Below, one piece after another: positions 17,442-26,920 of a stretch of 64,000 bases of DNA. The notes beneath the pieces are model-generated. The model made no database searches. It was not told the origin of the DNA and saw only the letters and a program-made list of their open reading frames with translations. Position 1 is the first letter of the stretch. Each line of letters begins with the position of its first letter. Location: the IMG/VR virus record IMGVR_UViG_3300019487_000030; one strand, given 5' to 3'. The DNA comes from a virus. The position numbers and the translations under genes are program-made.

Positions 17442-18049
17442 GCATCACAGGTCCCGACGGCGGCAAGATCGAGATCCATGACATCAGCCCCCGGCAGTTC
17501 GTTGTACCGGTCGGTACTGTGTTGCGGATCCCCAACGACCACGAGTGGTACGTCACGGGCGTTGCTGTGCTGCCCACGCGCGGATACACGCCGCCGCTCG
17601 GCGCGGGTGAAGACCGTGATGCTCGTGCGTGGGGAGATCTGCAGCTTCGCGTGAACGACGCCCCGGACGCGCAATTCCGCGCCAACATCCTGACGCTGAT
17701 CGACCGGTACTGGGGGCGTTACAACCTGAACCCGACGTTGCCAGAACTCGCGGCACGCCTCACAGCAGCACAGCAAGCGATGTACACCGCACCGAAGATC
17801 TCGGAGCTGTACACGCTGTTGGATCACGTTCTCGTTCAGTACACCCAGTACCTGGACGCTGCCGCGCCCAAGCTGGAAACGCCGTTGATTCTCCGTGGCG
17901 GCTGGCACTTCACGGTCGAGTGCGTTCCCTCGGAGGGACCTGTCGCGACCGAAGTACTGCACGACAGCGGGCTCGGGATGCTGCCGATCAAGGTCGTGCG
18001 CGCACTCGACGTCGAGTTGTCGACGATCGTCAAGAGGCCCGTCTCGTGA
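17438..18049 (+). CDS. hypothetical beta-rich protein
   Basis: ATGA overlap; typical codon usage. Confidence 0.75.
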   Translation: MSITGPDGGKIEIHDISPRQFVVPVGTVLRIPNDHEWYVTGVAVLPTRGYTPPLGAGEDRDARAWGDLQLRVNDAPDAQFRANILTLIDRYWGRYNLNPTLPELAARLTAAQQAMYTAPKISELYTLLDHVLVQYTQYLDAAAPKLETPLILRGGWHFTVECVPSEGPVATEVLHDSGLGMLPIKVVRALDVELSTIVKRPVS

Positions 18050-18474
18050 CCCTCAGCGGCGTCCTGACCGAAGGTGTGGGCCTCGTCGCGTTCGCGACGA
18101 ACGTCTGGGCCAACATCCTCATCGCGCGCAAGAGCGAGACCGGCTGGATCATTCGGCTGGTCTCGAACGTGTTCTGGCTCGCGTTCGGCATCGTCGCGCT
18201 CAGCATCGCCAACATGCTCAACGCGGTTACGTTCGCTGCCATCAACGTGTATGGCCTGCGCCGCTGGCGCAAGGAGAGGCTCATGCCGCCGAAGTGCGAA
18301 GACCACTACCGCATCGACTGCCGCTACTGCACGAACATCATCCGGCAGTGCCGCTGCCACATCGGCACGGACAAGCCGATCACGCGCGACGGTATCTGCG
18401 GCATCTGCGTCAAGATGTTGCCGCCGACCGCCGACGACGAGACGACACCCTTCATCAAGGAATCTGTCGCGTGA
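18046..18474 (+). CDS. PnuC-like small membrane protein with Cys-rich tail
   Basis: three hydrophobic segments (GW...NVFWLAF...N.YGLRRWRK), then CxxC motifs. Confidence 0.6.
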   Translation: MTLSGVLTEGVGLVAFATNVWANILIARKSETGWIIRLVSNVFWLAFGIVALSIANMLNAVTFAAINVYGLRRWRKERLMPPKCEDHYRIDCRYCTNIIRQCRCHIGTDKPITRDGICGICVKMLPPTADDETTPFIKESVA

Positions 18475-21089
18475 CCGGCATGGCCGCACCCACGCCCGCG
18501 CCCGCCGAAGAAGAGGTGTGGGAACCGCCGCTGATTGTCCGCGGCAAGGTCGACGGCGCCCAGTGTGCGACGTGTCCGTTCGCGTCACACGGCAAGCCGC
18601 GCCAACCTGTCGTCGCTGAAGGTCCCGAGCGGCCGATCTGGCTCGTCGTCGGTGAAGGTCCCGGCCACAACGAAGTCATCCAGGGTCGTCCGTTCGTCGG
18701 ACAGTCCGGTCGCATGGTCTCGGACGCGCTCCTGCGCATCAAGACGCGCCGCGAGAGCGTCTGGATCACGAACGCAACCTTGTGCCAGCCACCGAGTGGT
18801 GCCACCGACACACAGAAGAAAGAGGCGCGTCGCTGCTGTGCGCCGCGTCTGCAGCGCGAGCTAGCTGAATTCCCAGGTCGACCCGTTGCCGCGCTCGGCG
18901 CGATTGCTGCGCAAGGTTTCTGCGGCGAGAAGTTCTCGATCACGCAGATGGCCGGCGCACTGCACGAAGTCGACTTCGACGGCACCGGCAAGCGCTATGT
19001 CATTCCGACGACGCACCCGGCAGCGATTCTCCGTGGCGGTGGCGGTTCCGGCGGCGGCGCGCACACGAGCGACCTCGGCTTCTGGTCGCTCATGTACGAC
19101 CTTCAGAAGGTCAACCTGCTCGCGCGCGGGATCGACATCAAGTTCACCGACGACATCGAGTACGAGACCGCCGATCCAGTTCGTGCTGAGAAGCTCGTCG
19201 AGGAAATGGTCCGCGACATCCGCGCCAAACGCGAGATGGCTTGCGATACCGAGACCTACGTCGACGATCCGAAGAAGCACTCGGCCCTGCAGGCCGCGCA
19301 CGCCAAGCTCAACGCGATTGGCCTCGCCACCGTCGATCGCGCGATCAGCGTCGCGTGGCAGATCCTCACTCAGCGCGCGAAGCGCTTGATCGCTGCTATC
19401 CTCGCCGACAGTAGCATCACGAAGTGGTTCCACAACGGCCTCTACGATGTGCCGGTATTGAACCGCCACGGCTTCGAGGTCAACGGTCCACGCGAGGACA
19501 CGCTGCTCATGCACCACAGCGCGTTTCCGGGCTTGCCGCACGACCTGCAGCGTGTGACGACGCAGTTCCACGCGATCACGCCGTGGAAGGCCGAGTACCG
19601 CCATGGGCAAGGCTCGCTCGAAGAGCTGCTGCCGTACAACGCGCGCGACACGCTCGCGACGATGCGCGACGCCGCGCCGTTGACCATCGCGATCAAGAAA
19701 TCGAACTCGGAGAAGACGTACGAGGTCGACAAGGCGATGGCCCGCGCGGCGGCCATCATGCACGTCAAGGGCGTGCCGATCGACCGCGAGGTCAACGAGC
19801 AGCTCCGGGTCGGCTTCAAGGCGCACATCGATCGCACGCGCGGTGAGCTGAACGCGAAGGTCTTCGAGCCCGGCATCAACGCCCGTTTCCGTGAGCGTCT
19901 TGCACTCGAACAGGCGCGCCGCCCACGCAAGCACGACTCCCTCGACCTCGAAGAGCGCATCACCAAGCGCCTCGCCGAGATGGAGAACCCGAAGAAGCCG
20001 TTCAAGTTCCTGCTCGACTCCGGCGATCACGTCGTGTCGTTCCTCAAGGCCTGCGGCGTCCCGCTGTCGATCCAGACCGCGAGTGGCAAGATCTCGACGA
20101 AGAAGGACATCCTGGAGAGCTTCGTGCACTACCCCGAGGTGCGCGCACTCCTGACCTACCGCGAGAACGCGAAGCTGCTCAACACGTTCGTCGAGCGCCT
20201 GTTCACGCGCCAGTACGGTGAGAAGATCGTCTACGGCTTCGCTGACGAAGACGACCGTGTGCACCCGCGCTGGAGCGTCCACAAGATCACCGGCCGTTGG
20301 GGCTCCGAAGCACCTGGCTCGCAGAACTGGCCCAAGGCCGACAAGAAGAAGGGTCGCCCGAACCTGCGATCGCAGGTCATTGCGCGCCCCGGTCGCGCAC
20401 TTGTTGCCTTCGATGCCAAGCAGCTCGAAGCGCGCATCATCGCGCTGCTCTCGGCCGATCCATTCCTCCTCGACATCTTCAACAACGACAAGGACATTCA
20501 CAGCGAGTTCGCTCGCATCGTCTGGCCCGACTTCGACACGCGCCCCGTCGACGAACGGAAAGTCCTCCGCGACATGATCAAGCGGCCTGAGTACGGCGCG
20601 TTCTACGGCGGCGCCGTCGACACGCTGTGGAAGGCCGTCGTGCGCGACTACCCGAACGTCACGATTGGGATGATCGGCAAGATGGTCGCGACAATGAAGA
20701 CGAAGATGCCCGCCGTCACGGCGTGGCACCAGCGCATGATGCGCACCGCCGAGGAAGTCGGCGAGGTGCGCAGCGCGATTCTCGGCCGCCGCCGCTGCTT
20801 CCCGCTCAAGCAGTTCGAGCTGTCCGAGGTCGTCAACTTCCCGGTGCAGTCGACCGGCGCCGACATCATCAACCTGGGCCTGATGGACATCATGCCGCGG
20901 TTGCCGCTGACCGCGTTCCCGATCCTGCAGATCCACGACGCCGTCGTGTTCGAGTGTGACGAAGACGATCAGGACATGATGAAGAAGCTCATCATCGAGA
21001 GCTTCACGCGCGAAGTCACGTACGAGGGTACCACGGTCAACTTTCCGGTCGATGCAAAGGCCGGCAAGAGCTGGGCAGAGGTCAACTGA
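18471..21089 (+). CDS. polA: family A DNA polymerase with N-terminal family-4 UDG domain and 3'-5' exonuclease
   Basis: CxxC...GEGPG...GRPFVG...HPAAILR (UDG); DTET, FHNGLYD, YNARD (exo); DAKQLEAR, KRPEYGAFYG, QIHDAV (pol). Confidence 0.92.
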   Translation: MTGMAAPTPAPAEEEVWEPPLIVRGKVDGAQCATCPFASHGKPRQPVVAEGPERPIWLVVGEGPGHNEVIQGRPFVGQSGRMVSDALLRIKTRRESVWITNATLCQPPSGATDTQKKEARRCCAPRLQRELAEFPGRPVAALGAIAAQGFCGEKFSITQMAGALHEVDFDGTGKRYVIPTTHPAAILRGGGGSGGGAHTSDLGFWSLMYDLQKVNLLARGIDIKFTDDIEYETADPVRAEKLVEEMVRDIRAKREMACDTETYVDDPKKHSALQAAHAKLNAIGLATVDRAISVAWQILTQRAKRLIAAILADSSITKWFHNGLYDVPVLNRHGFEVNGPREDTLLMHHSAFPGLPHDLQRVTTQFHAITPWKAEYRHGQGSLEELLPYNARDTLATMRDAAPLTIAIKKSNSEKTYEVDKAMARAAAIMHVKGVPIDREVNEQLRVGFKAHIDRTRGELNAKVFEPGINARFRERLALEQARRPRKHDSLDLEERITKRLAEMENPKKPFKFLLDSGDHVVSFLKACGVPLSIQTASGKISTKKDILESFVHYPEVRALLTYRENAKLLNTFVERLFTRQYGEKIVYGFADEDDRVHPRWSVHKITGRWGSEAPGSQNWPKADKKKGRPNLRSQVIARPGRALVAFDAKQLEARIIALLSADPFLLDIFNNDKDIHSEFARIVWPDFDTRPVDERKVLRDMIKRPEYGAFYGGAVDTLWKAVVRDYPNVTIGMIGKMVATMKTKMPAVTAWHQRMMRTAEEVGEVRSAILGRRRCFPLKQFELSEVVNFPVQSTGADIINLGLMDIMPRLPLTAFPILQIHDAVVFECDEDDQDMMKKLIIESFTREVTYEGTTVNFPVDAKAGKSWAEVN

Positions 21090-21553
21090 TGAAGACCGAC
21101 GAAGAAGCTCGCGAAGCGATCGAGAGGGCCCACCGTCACGAAGCTGCGTTCGCTACCTACCTGCGCAGCTACGGCCTCACCGTCTAGGAAAAGTCACACG
21201 GCTTCCGCGAATCGATCGATGACATCGACGCCTACACGCACGACATCGATTTCAGGATCGAAGGATTCACGTGTCAGTACAAGCACCGGTACAAGTGGCT
21301 CTGCGCGTTCACGCACGGCAACAACCCGATCGTCGACGAGAAGGTCAAGGCAGACCGGACGCCGGTCGACTTCTACATCCTTCGGTTCGCGGACGGCACC
21401 ATCGTCGCACCATACGAACCTGCGACATGGGGACTCGAAACGATCCGTGATCGAAAGGATCGCGCGACGAAGGACTTCTACACCGTCAATCCAGCGGACT
21501 GTTTGCCGCTGCACATCTGGATCGAGTCGTTCCTGTCAGAGGGTCTTTTCTAG
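21089..21553 (+). pseudogene. 154-codon gene with one in-frame TAG at 21185-21187 (PD-(D/E)XK-like; pseudogene or readthrough)
   Basis: ATG overlaps the polA stop; frame stays open 121 codons beyond the TAG; DIDF...QYK motif. Confidence 0.65.
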
Positions 21554-21565
21554 GGGAGCAAGAGC

Positions 21566-23539
21566 ATGACGAGCAACATCGAAGCACTGTTCGAGGACCA
21601 GACCGGGGCCCTCGCACGATTCATCCCCGGTTACGAGCGTCGCGAGGGCCAAGTGCAGCTCGCGCGCGACATCTGGAACGTCGCCAATCGCGGCGGCATC
21701 CTGCTCGCTGAAGGTCCGACGGGCATCGGCAAGTCGTTCGCGTACGCGATCCCGGCGATCCTGCGCGCGGTCGCGACACGTCAGCCGTCGCTGATCGTGA
21801 CCGCCAACAAGGCGCTGCAGGATCAACTCGCCGAGAAAGACCTGCCGCTGCTCGCCGAGATCCTCAAGGGCACCATCGCTGAGAACTTCAAGTTCAAGCT
21901 GCTCAAGGGCCGCTCGAACTACATCTGCCAGCGCGAGCTGATCCTGCGCGAGTCACGGAGCCTCAACTGGCCGATGGGCTCCGAGAACGAGGGCGACGCC
22001 CTGAGTGCGTGGGTGGCTGCGCCACCGTGCTCTGGCGATCGCAACGATGCACCTGTGGTCAGCGATCAGACTTGGCGCGCCGTCTCGATCTCGGGTGACG
22101 ACTGTGACCACAGTGCCTGCGTGCACTACCAGACCTGCTTCCACGAGCTGGCCGCCATCGAAGCCGAGGCGGCGCACGTCGTGATCGTCAACTACGACCT
22201 GTTCTACTCGAAGCTGCAGCACAGCAACGATCCGTTCTGGCACAAGTTCGGTTTCGTCGTGTTCGACGAAGCGCACGAGGCTGCATCGATCGCACGGCGC
22301 TGCTTCGGTACCGAGATCAGCGAATGGGGCATCCGGCGACTCGCGACGGCTGTCAGCGACCGCGTCGGCGAGCGCGAGCTAGCCAAGACGCTGCGCCAGG
22401 TCGCCGCGCCCGTGTTCGAGAAGATCGCCGACTATGCGCTGCAGTACCGTACGAGCGGTCGGTTGAAAGACCCCGGCTTCGTCAACGTCGACGACCTCTG
22501 CGACACGCTCAAGGAAGTCGTGCAGGCCGCGAGTGGTGGTTGCGGCGCGTGCATGGTCGACGAGATCTGCGCTGCCTGCAACAACCGCAAGAAGGTCCAG
22601 GAGCGCGCCCAGGAATTCGCCGACAACATCCGCGCGTTCGTCGATCAGACCGATGACATGACCGCGTACTGGCTCGACAAGCCGATGGACACCGCGCGCG
22701 TCACTGGCTCGACGATCAAGCTGTGCGCGGCGCCGTATCACGTCGGCGACACGCTCAAGAAGCTCGTGTTCTCGAAGTACGACTCGATCGTCTGCGTGTC
22801 GGCGACGCTCGCGGCAGGTGGCGGCTTCGACTTCATTCGCGGCGAGCTGGGCCTGACCGATCCGGTGCTGACTGCGAAGACGCAGGTCATCAAGGTCGCG
22901 AGTCCGTTCGACTACGCGAAGCAGGCGCGGTTCGTGATCCCACTCGGGATCCCGTTCCCAACCGGCGAGAACGAAGCCATCTTCGACGCAGCGGCGTCGA
23001 ACGCGCTCGTGCAGCTCATCCAGGAGTGCAAGGGCCGCACGCTCGCACTGTTCACGTCGTGGCGCCGCCTCAAGCACATCGCCGAGCAGATCAAGGACCG
23101 CATCGACTACCCGCTGCTCGTCCAAGGCGACGCGCCGAACAAGATGCTCGCGCAGATGTTCCGCGAGCAAACCGACAGCGTGTTGCTCGCGACGCGCAGC
23201 TTCTGGATGGGTCTCGACGTCTCGGGCGAGTCACTGTCGTGCCTCGTGATCGACAAGCTGCCGTTCGAGAGCTTCGACGATCCCTTCGTCGACATGATGA
23301 AGGAGAAGCACCCGGACACGTTCTACGAGGACTTCTACGTGCCGCGCGCGACGATCACGCTCGCACAAGGTGCCGGTCGCCTCATTCGCAGCGTGAACGA
23401 CCACGGCGTGTTCGTGCTACTCGACCAGCGCATCAAAACCAAGCGCTACGGCCGGCAGTTCCTCGCGAGCTTGCCGTTCAAAGGCTACTCCCAGGATCTC
23501 GCCGATGCTGGCAAGTTCCTCGCGACCGTCACCCCGTAA
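21566..23539 (+). CDS. dinG: DinG/YoaA-like Fe-S 5'-3' helicase
   Basis: EGPTGIGKS, KGRSNYIC, Fe-S cysteines, VFDEAH, SATL, FWMGLDV, QGAGRLIR. Confidence 0.93.
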   Translation: MTSNIEALFEDQTGALARFIPGYERREGQVQLARDIWNVANRGGILLAEGPTGIGKSFAYAIPAILRAVATRQPSLIVTANKALQDQLAEKDLPLLAEILKGTIAENFKFKLLKGRSNYICQRELILRESRSLNWPMGSENEGDALSAWVAAPPCSGDRNDAPVVSDQTWRAVSISGDDCDHSACVHYQTCFHELAAIEAEAAHVVIVNYDLFYSKLQHSNDPFWHKFGFVVFDEAHEAASIARRCFGTEISEWGIRRLATAVSDRVGERELAKTLRQVAAPVFEKIADYALQYRTSGRLKDPGFVNVDDLCDTLKEVVQAASGGCGACMVDEICAACNNRKKVQERAQEFADNIRAFVDQTDDMTAYWLDKPMDTARVTGSTIKLCAAPYHVGDTLKKLVFSKYDSIVCVSATLAAGGGFDFIRGELGLTDPVLTAKTQVIKVASPFDYAKQARFVIPLGIPFPTGENEAIFDAAASNALVQLIQECKGRTLALFTSWRRLKHIAEQIKDRIDYPLLVQGDAPNKMLAQMFREQTDSVLLATRSFWMGLDVSGESLSCLVIDKLPFESFDDPFVDMMKEKHPDTFYEDFYVPRATITLAQGAGRLIRSVNDHGVFVLLDQRIKTKRYGRQFLASLPFKGYSQDLADAGKFLATVTP

Positions 23540-23555
23540 CGAAAAGAGAACCATC

Positions 23556-23774
23556 ATGTCGTTGATTCCAACCAAGTACGAGTACGTCCCGCCCGTCCAG
23601 ACCGCCGGCATGGCGAAGGACTTCACCACCAAGATCGAGATCGCGCAGGGCTCCGGCGGCTGGACCGCCACGCTGCACATCACGTCGAGCCCGCTCCACA
23701 CCGCGGGCGACGCCCAGAACAAGCTCGCACAGCACCTGATCCGTCTCGCCGAGTCGCTCGGCGGCGCCAAGTGA
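23556..23774 (+). CDS. hypothetical protein
   Basis: ORF overlapping tmk start. Confidence 0.65.
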   Translation: MSLIPTKYEYVPPVQTAGMAKDFTTKIEIAQGSGGWTATLHITSSPLHTAGDAQNKLAQHLIRLAESLGGAK

Positions 23775-24400
23775 AGATGCGCGGCAAGTACGTCGTCTTC
23801 GAGGGTCCTGACGGCTCCGGCAAGTCAACGCTCGCGAAACGGCTCGGTGAGCTGATCTGCCGTGTTCCGGATCAACACGTGCGCCACATGGCGTTTCCCG
23901 GTCGTGAGTCCGTCGTCGGATCGCTGATCCGCGACACGTTCGAGGGCAAAGCGATCGTCAGCCCGAAGGCCATGATGTGGCTGTTCGTCGCCGAAGGCGT
24001 CGACATGGAACCGCAGATCCGGCGCGCCGTGTCCGACGGCAACTGGCTCATCTGCGATCGCCACACGATGGTTTCGGGCAACGTCTACCAGGGCGAAGTC
24101 CACGGCATCGATCGCGTCAGTCAGGTCACAGCGCCGGCCGGCTTCATCATCCCCGATCGCATCTATCTCGTCGACGTGCCCGCCGAAGTCGCGATGGAGC
24201 GGCGCAAGGCGCGCGGCGAGGCGCGCAACGTGCTCTACGAACCGGAGCAGCTCGAACGGCTAGAGAAGATGTGTCAAGCGTATCGTGACCTGCGCGTGCG
24301 TTTCGCATCTGCCGTGATCATCGACGGGACCAAACCGTTCGAGCAGAACCTGCGCTGGATGTGGCAGGATCTCGGCCTTCCCGGCGAGTTCCCTACGTGA
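23771..24400 (+). CDS. tmk: thymidylate kinase
   Basis: FEGPDGSGKST, AFPG, CDRH, PDRIYLVDV. Confidence 0.93.
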   Translation: MKMRGKYVVFEGPDGSGKSTLAKRLGELICRVPDQHVRHMAFPGRESVVGSLIRDTFEGKAIVSPKAMMWLFVAEGVDMEPQIRRAVSDGNWLICDRHTMVSGNVYQGEVHGIDRVSQVTAPAGFIIPDRIYLVDVPAEVAMERRKARGEARNVLYEPEQLERLEKMCQAYRDLRVRFASAVIIDGTKPFEQNLRWMWQDLGLPGEFPT

Positions 24401-24696
24401 CCACCAACTCCGACCTCATCGCACGCGCCCACGAAGAACACCTCATGGCGGCGCTTGCCGTGGTGCTTACGCACCCGGCCGGCTTTGGCATCGAGCTGTT
24501 CGCCACGCTCTGGCTCGATCGCGTCGAGGACGGACGATTCCGCATCGCTGAGTACGACAAGGACCACAAGATGACGTCCGAAGAGCTATTCGACGACGTC
24601 CGTGAAGCGATCGGGTACTACCTCGACCTGCGCGACCAACGCCAGCTCGGGATGGACTACGAAGCGACACCACCAACGACCAATGCTAAAGCGTGA
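24397..24696 (+). CDS. hypothetical protein
   Basis: GTGA overlap. Confidence 0.65.
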   Translation: MTTNSDLIARAHEEHLMAALAVVLTHPAGFGIELFATLWLDRVEDGRFRIAEYDKDHKMTSEELFDDVREAIGYYLDLRDQRQLGMDYEATPPTTNAKA

Positions 24697-24835
24697 GACC
24701 CAGAAACAGTTGATGCGCGATCTGCTCGCGCGTGGCGCACCGCCGGACCGACCTCACTCGTCGTCGTCGACGCTCGCTATCGGCCTGACGATTCTGTTCG
24801 TCAGCGTCGCGCTGTTCTGGCTCACACGCACCTAG
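24683..24835 (+). CDS. small single-TM protein
   Basis: C-terminal hydrophobic helix. Confidence 0.55.
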   Translation: MLKRETQKQLMRDLLARGAPPDRPHSSSSTLAIGLTILFVSVALFWLTRT

Positions 24836-24842
24836 GGGAGCC

Positions 24843-25763
24843 ATGATGTCGACCGAGACTGAAACCGAGACCGAGACCAGCACCAACAGTGTGCACCAAG
24901 CTGAGCTACCGAACACCGAACCGTTGCTGCCTCCACGTGCTCACTGCACCGCTCCGATCAAGTGGGTGGGCGGCAAGCGTTGGCTCGTGCCGACGATCGC
25001 ACCGTCGATCTACGAGCGCCTCGGCACGACGCAGGGTCGCTACATCGAGCCGTTCATGGGCTCGGCGGCAGTCGCGCTCGATCTCGGCTTGCCGGGAATG
25101 ATCCTCGCCGATGTTTGCAAGCCGCTCGTCGCGACCTACGCAACCATCCGTAAGAGCCCAGAAGCGGTCGCGTGGGCACTACAGACGCTCGTCGAGAAGG
25201 GCACCGACAAGGAGAGCTACCTGGCCGTTCGAGCCAGTGAGCCGTCGAGCGTCGTGTTTGCAGCGGCGCGCTTCATCTTCCTCAACAAGTTCGGTTTCAA
25301 CGGGCTCTACCGCGAGAACAGCAAGGGCAAGTTCAACGTCCCGCATGGCGGTGATCGTTCGAGCGCAGGTATTCCCGGCAAGGATGAGCTGCACGCCGTC
25401 GCGAAGGCGCTCAAGGACGCCGAGATCCGCGTTGCCGACTTCCGATCGACGATCCTGCGCGCGACGGCCGGCGACGTGCTCTACGTCGATTCACCGTACT
25501 ACGAGACGTTCAGCGACTACACGGCCGGTGGCTTCACCGACGAAGATCATCTCGATCTCGCCACGGCCTTGAGGGAAGCGCACGAGCGCGGCGCCGTGTT
25601 CATCGCCTCGAACAGCGACCACGAACGTGTTCGCGAGCTGTACGCGTGGGCCACCGTCGTGCCGGTGTCCGAGCGCCACGCGGTCGGCGCAACCGGCGAA
25701 CGACGTGGTATGAAGCCCGCGGTGCTGATCATGTCCGACGACACGATTCTGCGAGGAGCTTAG
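24843..25763 (+). CDS. dam: Dam-family (D12 class) N6-adenine DNA methyltransferase
   Basis: KWVGGKR, YIEPFMGSAAV, FNGLYRENSKGKFNVP, motif IV as DSPY. Confidence 0.9.
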   Translation: MMSTETETETETSTNSVHQAELPNTEPLLPPRAHCTAPIKWVGGKRWLVPTIAPSIYERLGTTQGRYIEPFMGSAAVALDLGLPGMILADVCKPLVATYATIRKSPEAVAWALQTLVEKGTDKESYLAVRASEPSSVVFAAARFIFLNKFGFNGLYRENSKGKFNVPHGGDRSSAGIPGKDELHAVAKALKDAEIRVADFRSTILRATAGDVLYVDSPYYETFSDYTAGGFTDEDHLDLATALREAHERGAVFIASNSDHERVRELYAWATVVPVSERHAVGATGERRGMKPAVLIMSDDTILRGA

Positions 25764-25765
25764 CC

Positions 25766-26041
25766 GTGCCGCGCAGCCCCAAGCTCTTCAACCTACCCGA
25801 CGATTACATCTACCCCGACGGGATGTCGTTGAAGCAGATCCGCGACGCGATCGTCGCGTCCGGGAAGATCGGCATGTTCCGCGTCGGCTGGGACATGGCG
25901 AAGCAGTACAATCTGCAGGAAGCGTTGTGCATGAAGTGCGCGTGCGCGATGCATCCGTCGCAGGGCACATACCTGACGCGCAACCAGCAAGCGATGCGGT
26001 TCTGCTCGAAGTGCGTGAGCCAGATGCCGCGGAATCACTAG
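25766..26041 (+). CDS. small Zn-finger protein
   Basis: GAGGAG RBS; CxxC...CxxC. Confidence 0.65.
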   Translation: MPRSPKLFNLPDDYIYPDGMSLKQIRDAIVASGKIGMFRVGWDMAKQYNLQEALCMKCACAMHPSQGTYLTRNQQAMRFCSKCVSQMPRNH

Positions 26042-26751
26042 CTGCGACGCTTGTCTTGGCGCAGCCACCAGAAGCTGGTGATGCTGTCGAGCGACGCCGG
26101 GTTAACCTGTCCACGCGAGACAGCCTGCCGCGTGCCGTTCTCGGACAGATCGAACAGGTCGGCGAGTTCGCGGTACCCGTACGACCAGCGGTTGCGCCGC
26201 GCGCTACGCACGTGGACGTCAGGCGGCACCGCGAGGTTGTCGGGATGGTTGTTCCACGGATTCTGATCGATGTGCTCGACCGACCCGCTACCAATGACAC
26301 CGAACACGACGCGGCACAGCGGCGTGTACTCGTGGCCGGTCAAGATCATGAAGTGGTCGTCCACGATCTTCGCGAACGGCTGCAGTGGACCGCCGTGCTT
26401 GTCGCAGAGTCCCGGCTGCAGCATCGTCGCGCTGCAGCTCGGGAACCCGCATGCATACAGATCGAAGCGCGGCCAGCGTGCGCGCCACTGTGCGAGCGTC
26501 GCGACACCGTGCAGAGCTTGTACGGCCTGCACGTCCGTGAGCCGGACGGAGCGCCCCGCGAGCGCATCTATGATGTAGCGCGCGGCCGTTCGCGCATCGG
26601 TCGACGTCCGCAACCGTGACCGTGTCGTGGCCGGTGCCTCGTCGGCCGCTGCTGCCAGATCATCGAACGTGAACAGCTTGCTGGGGCCGCGCTCACGGTG
26701 CCGCTGCCGGAACACCTTCCGTGGATTCTCGCCTCGTTTGAGGATAGGCAT
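26038..26751 (-). CDS. HNH-motif protein with HTH-like segments
   Basis: VEHIDQNPWNNHPDNL; YRELADLFDLSENGTRQAVSRG. Confidence 0.65.
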   Translation of the reverse strand: MPILKRGENPRKVFRQRHRERGPSKLFTFDDLAAAADEAPATTRSRLRTSTDARTAARYIIDALAGRSVRLTDVQAVQALHGVATLAQWRARWPRFDLYACGFPSCSATMLQPGLCDKHGGPLQPFAKIVDDHFMILTGHEYTPLCRVVFGVIGSGSVEHIDQNPWNNHPDNLAVPPDVHVRSARRNRWSYGYRELADLFDLSENGTRQAVSRGQVNPASLDSITSFWWLRQDKRRS

Positions 26752-26811
26752 CGCGCGTTGACCGCGAGTGTACTTCAAATGTGGTCAAAACACGCCGGGC
26801 GCCATGACGAC

Positions 26812-26827
26812 GATCGCGGATGCGATC
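26812..26827. promoter_or_regulatory. GATCGC-N4-GCGATC palindrome (imperfect second copy 26842-26857)
   Basis: perfect match in a divergent intergenic region. Confidence 0.7.
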
Positions 26828-26920
26828 GTCTTGACGCCGAGGATCGCTCATGGGATCGTCTTCCTCACAACCCCGAGAGAAGGCATACCGCCAACTTCAG
26901 GGTCAACTTTCACGAAGGAC

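Noticed and set aside
21185-21187. Genome-wide TAG reassignment
   Set aside because: Many genes end at TAG exactly where the next gene's RBS or start begins (e.g. 15122, 27662, 27943, 31792), so TAG is a normal stop.
9929-23539. Type IV CRISPR-Cas suggested by Cas4-like nuclease plus DinG
   Set aside because: I saw no repeat-spacer array or Cas5/6/7-like genes. Both genes sit in ordinary phage recombination/replication context.
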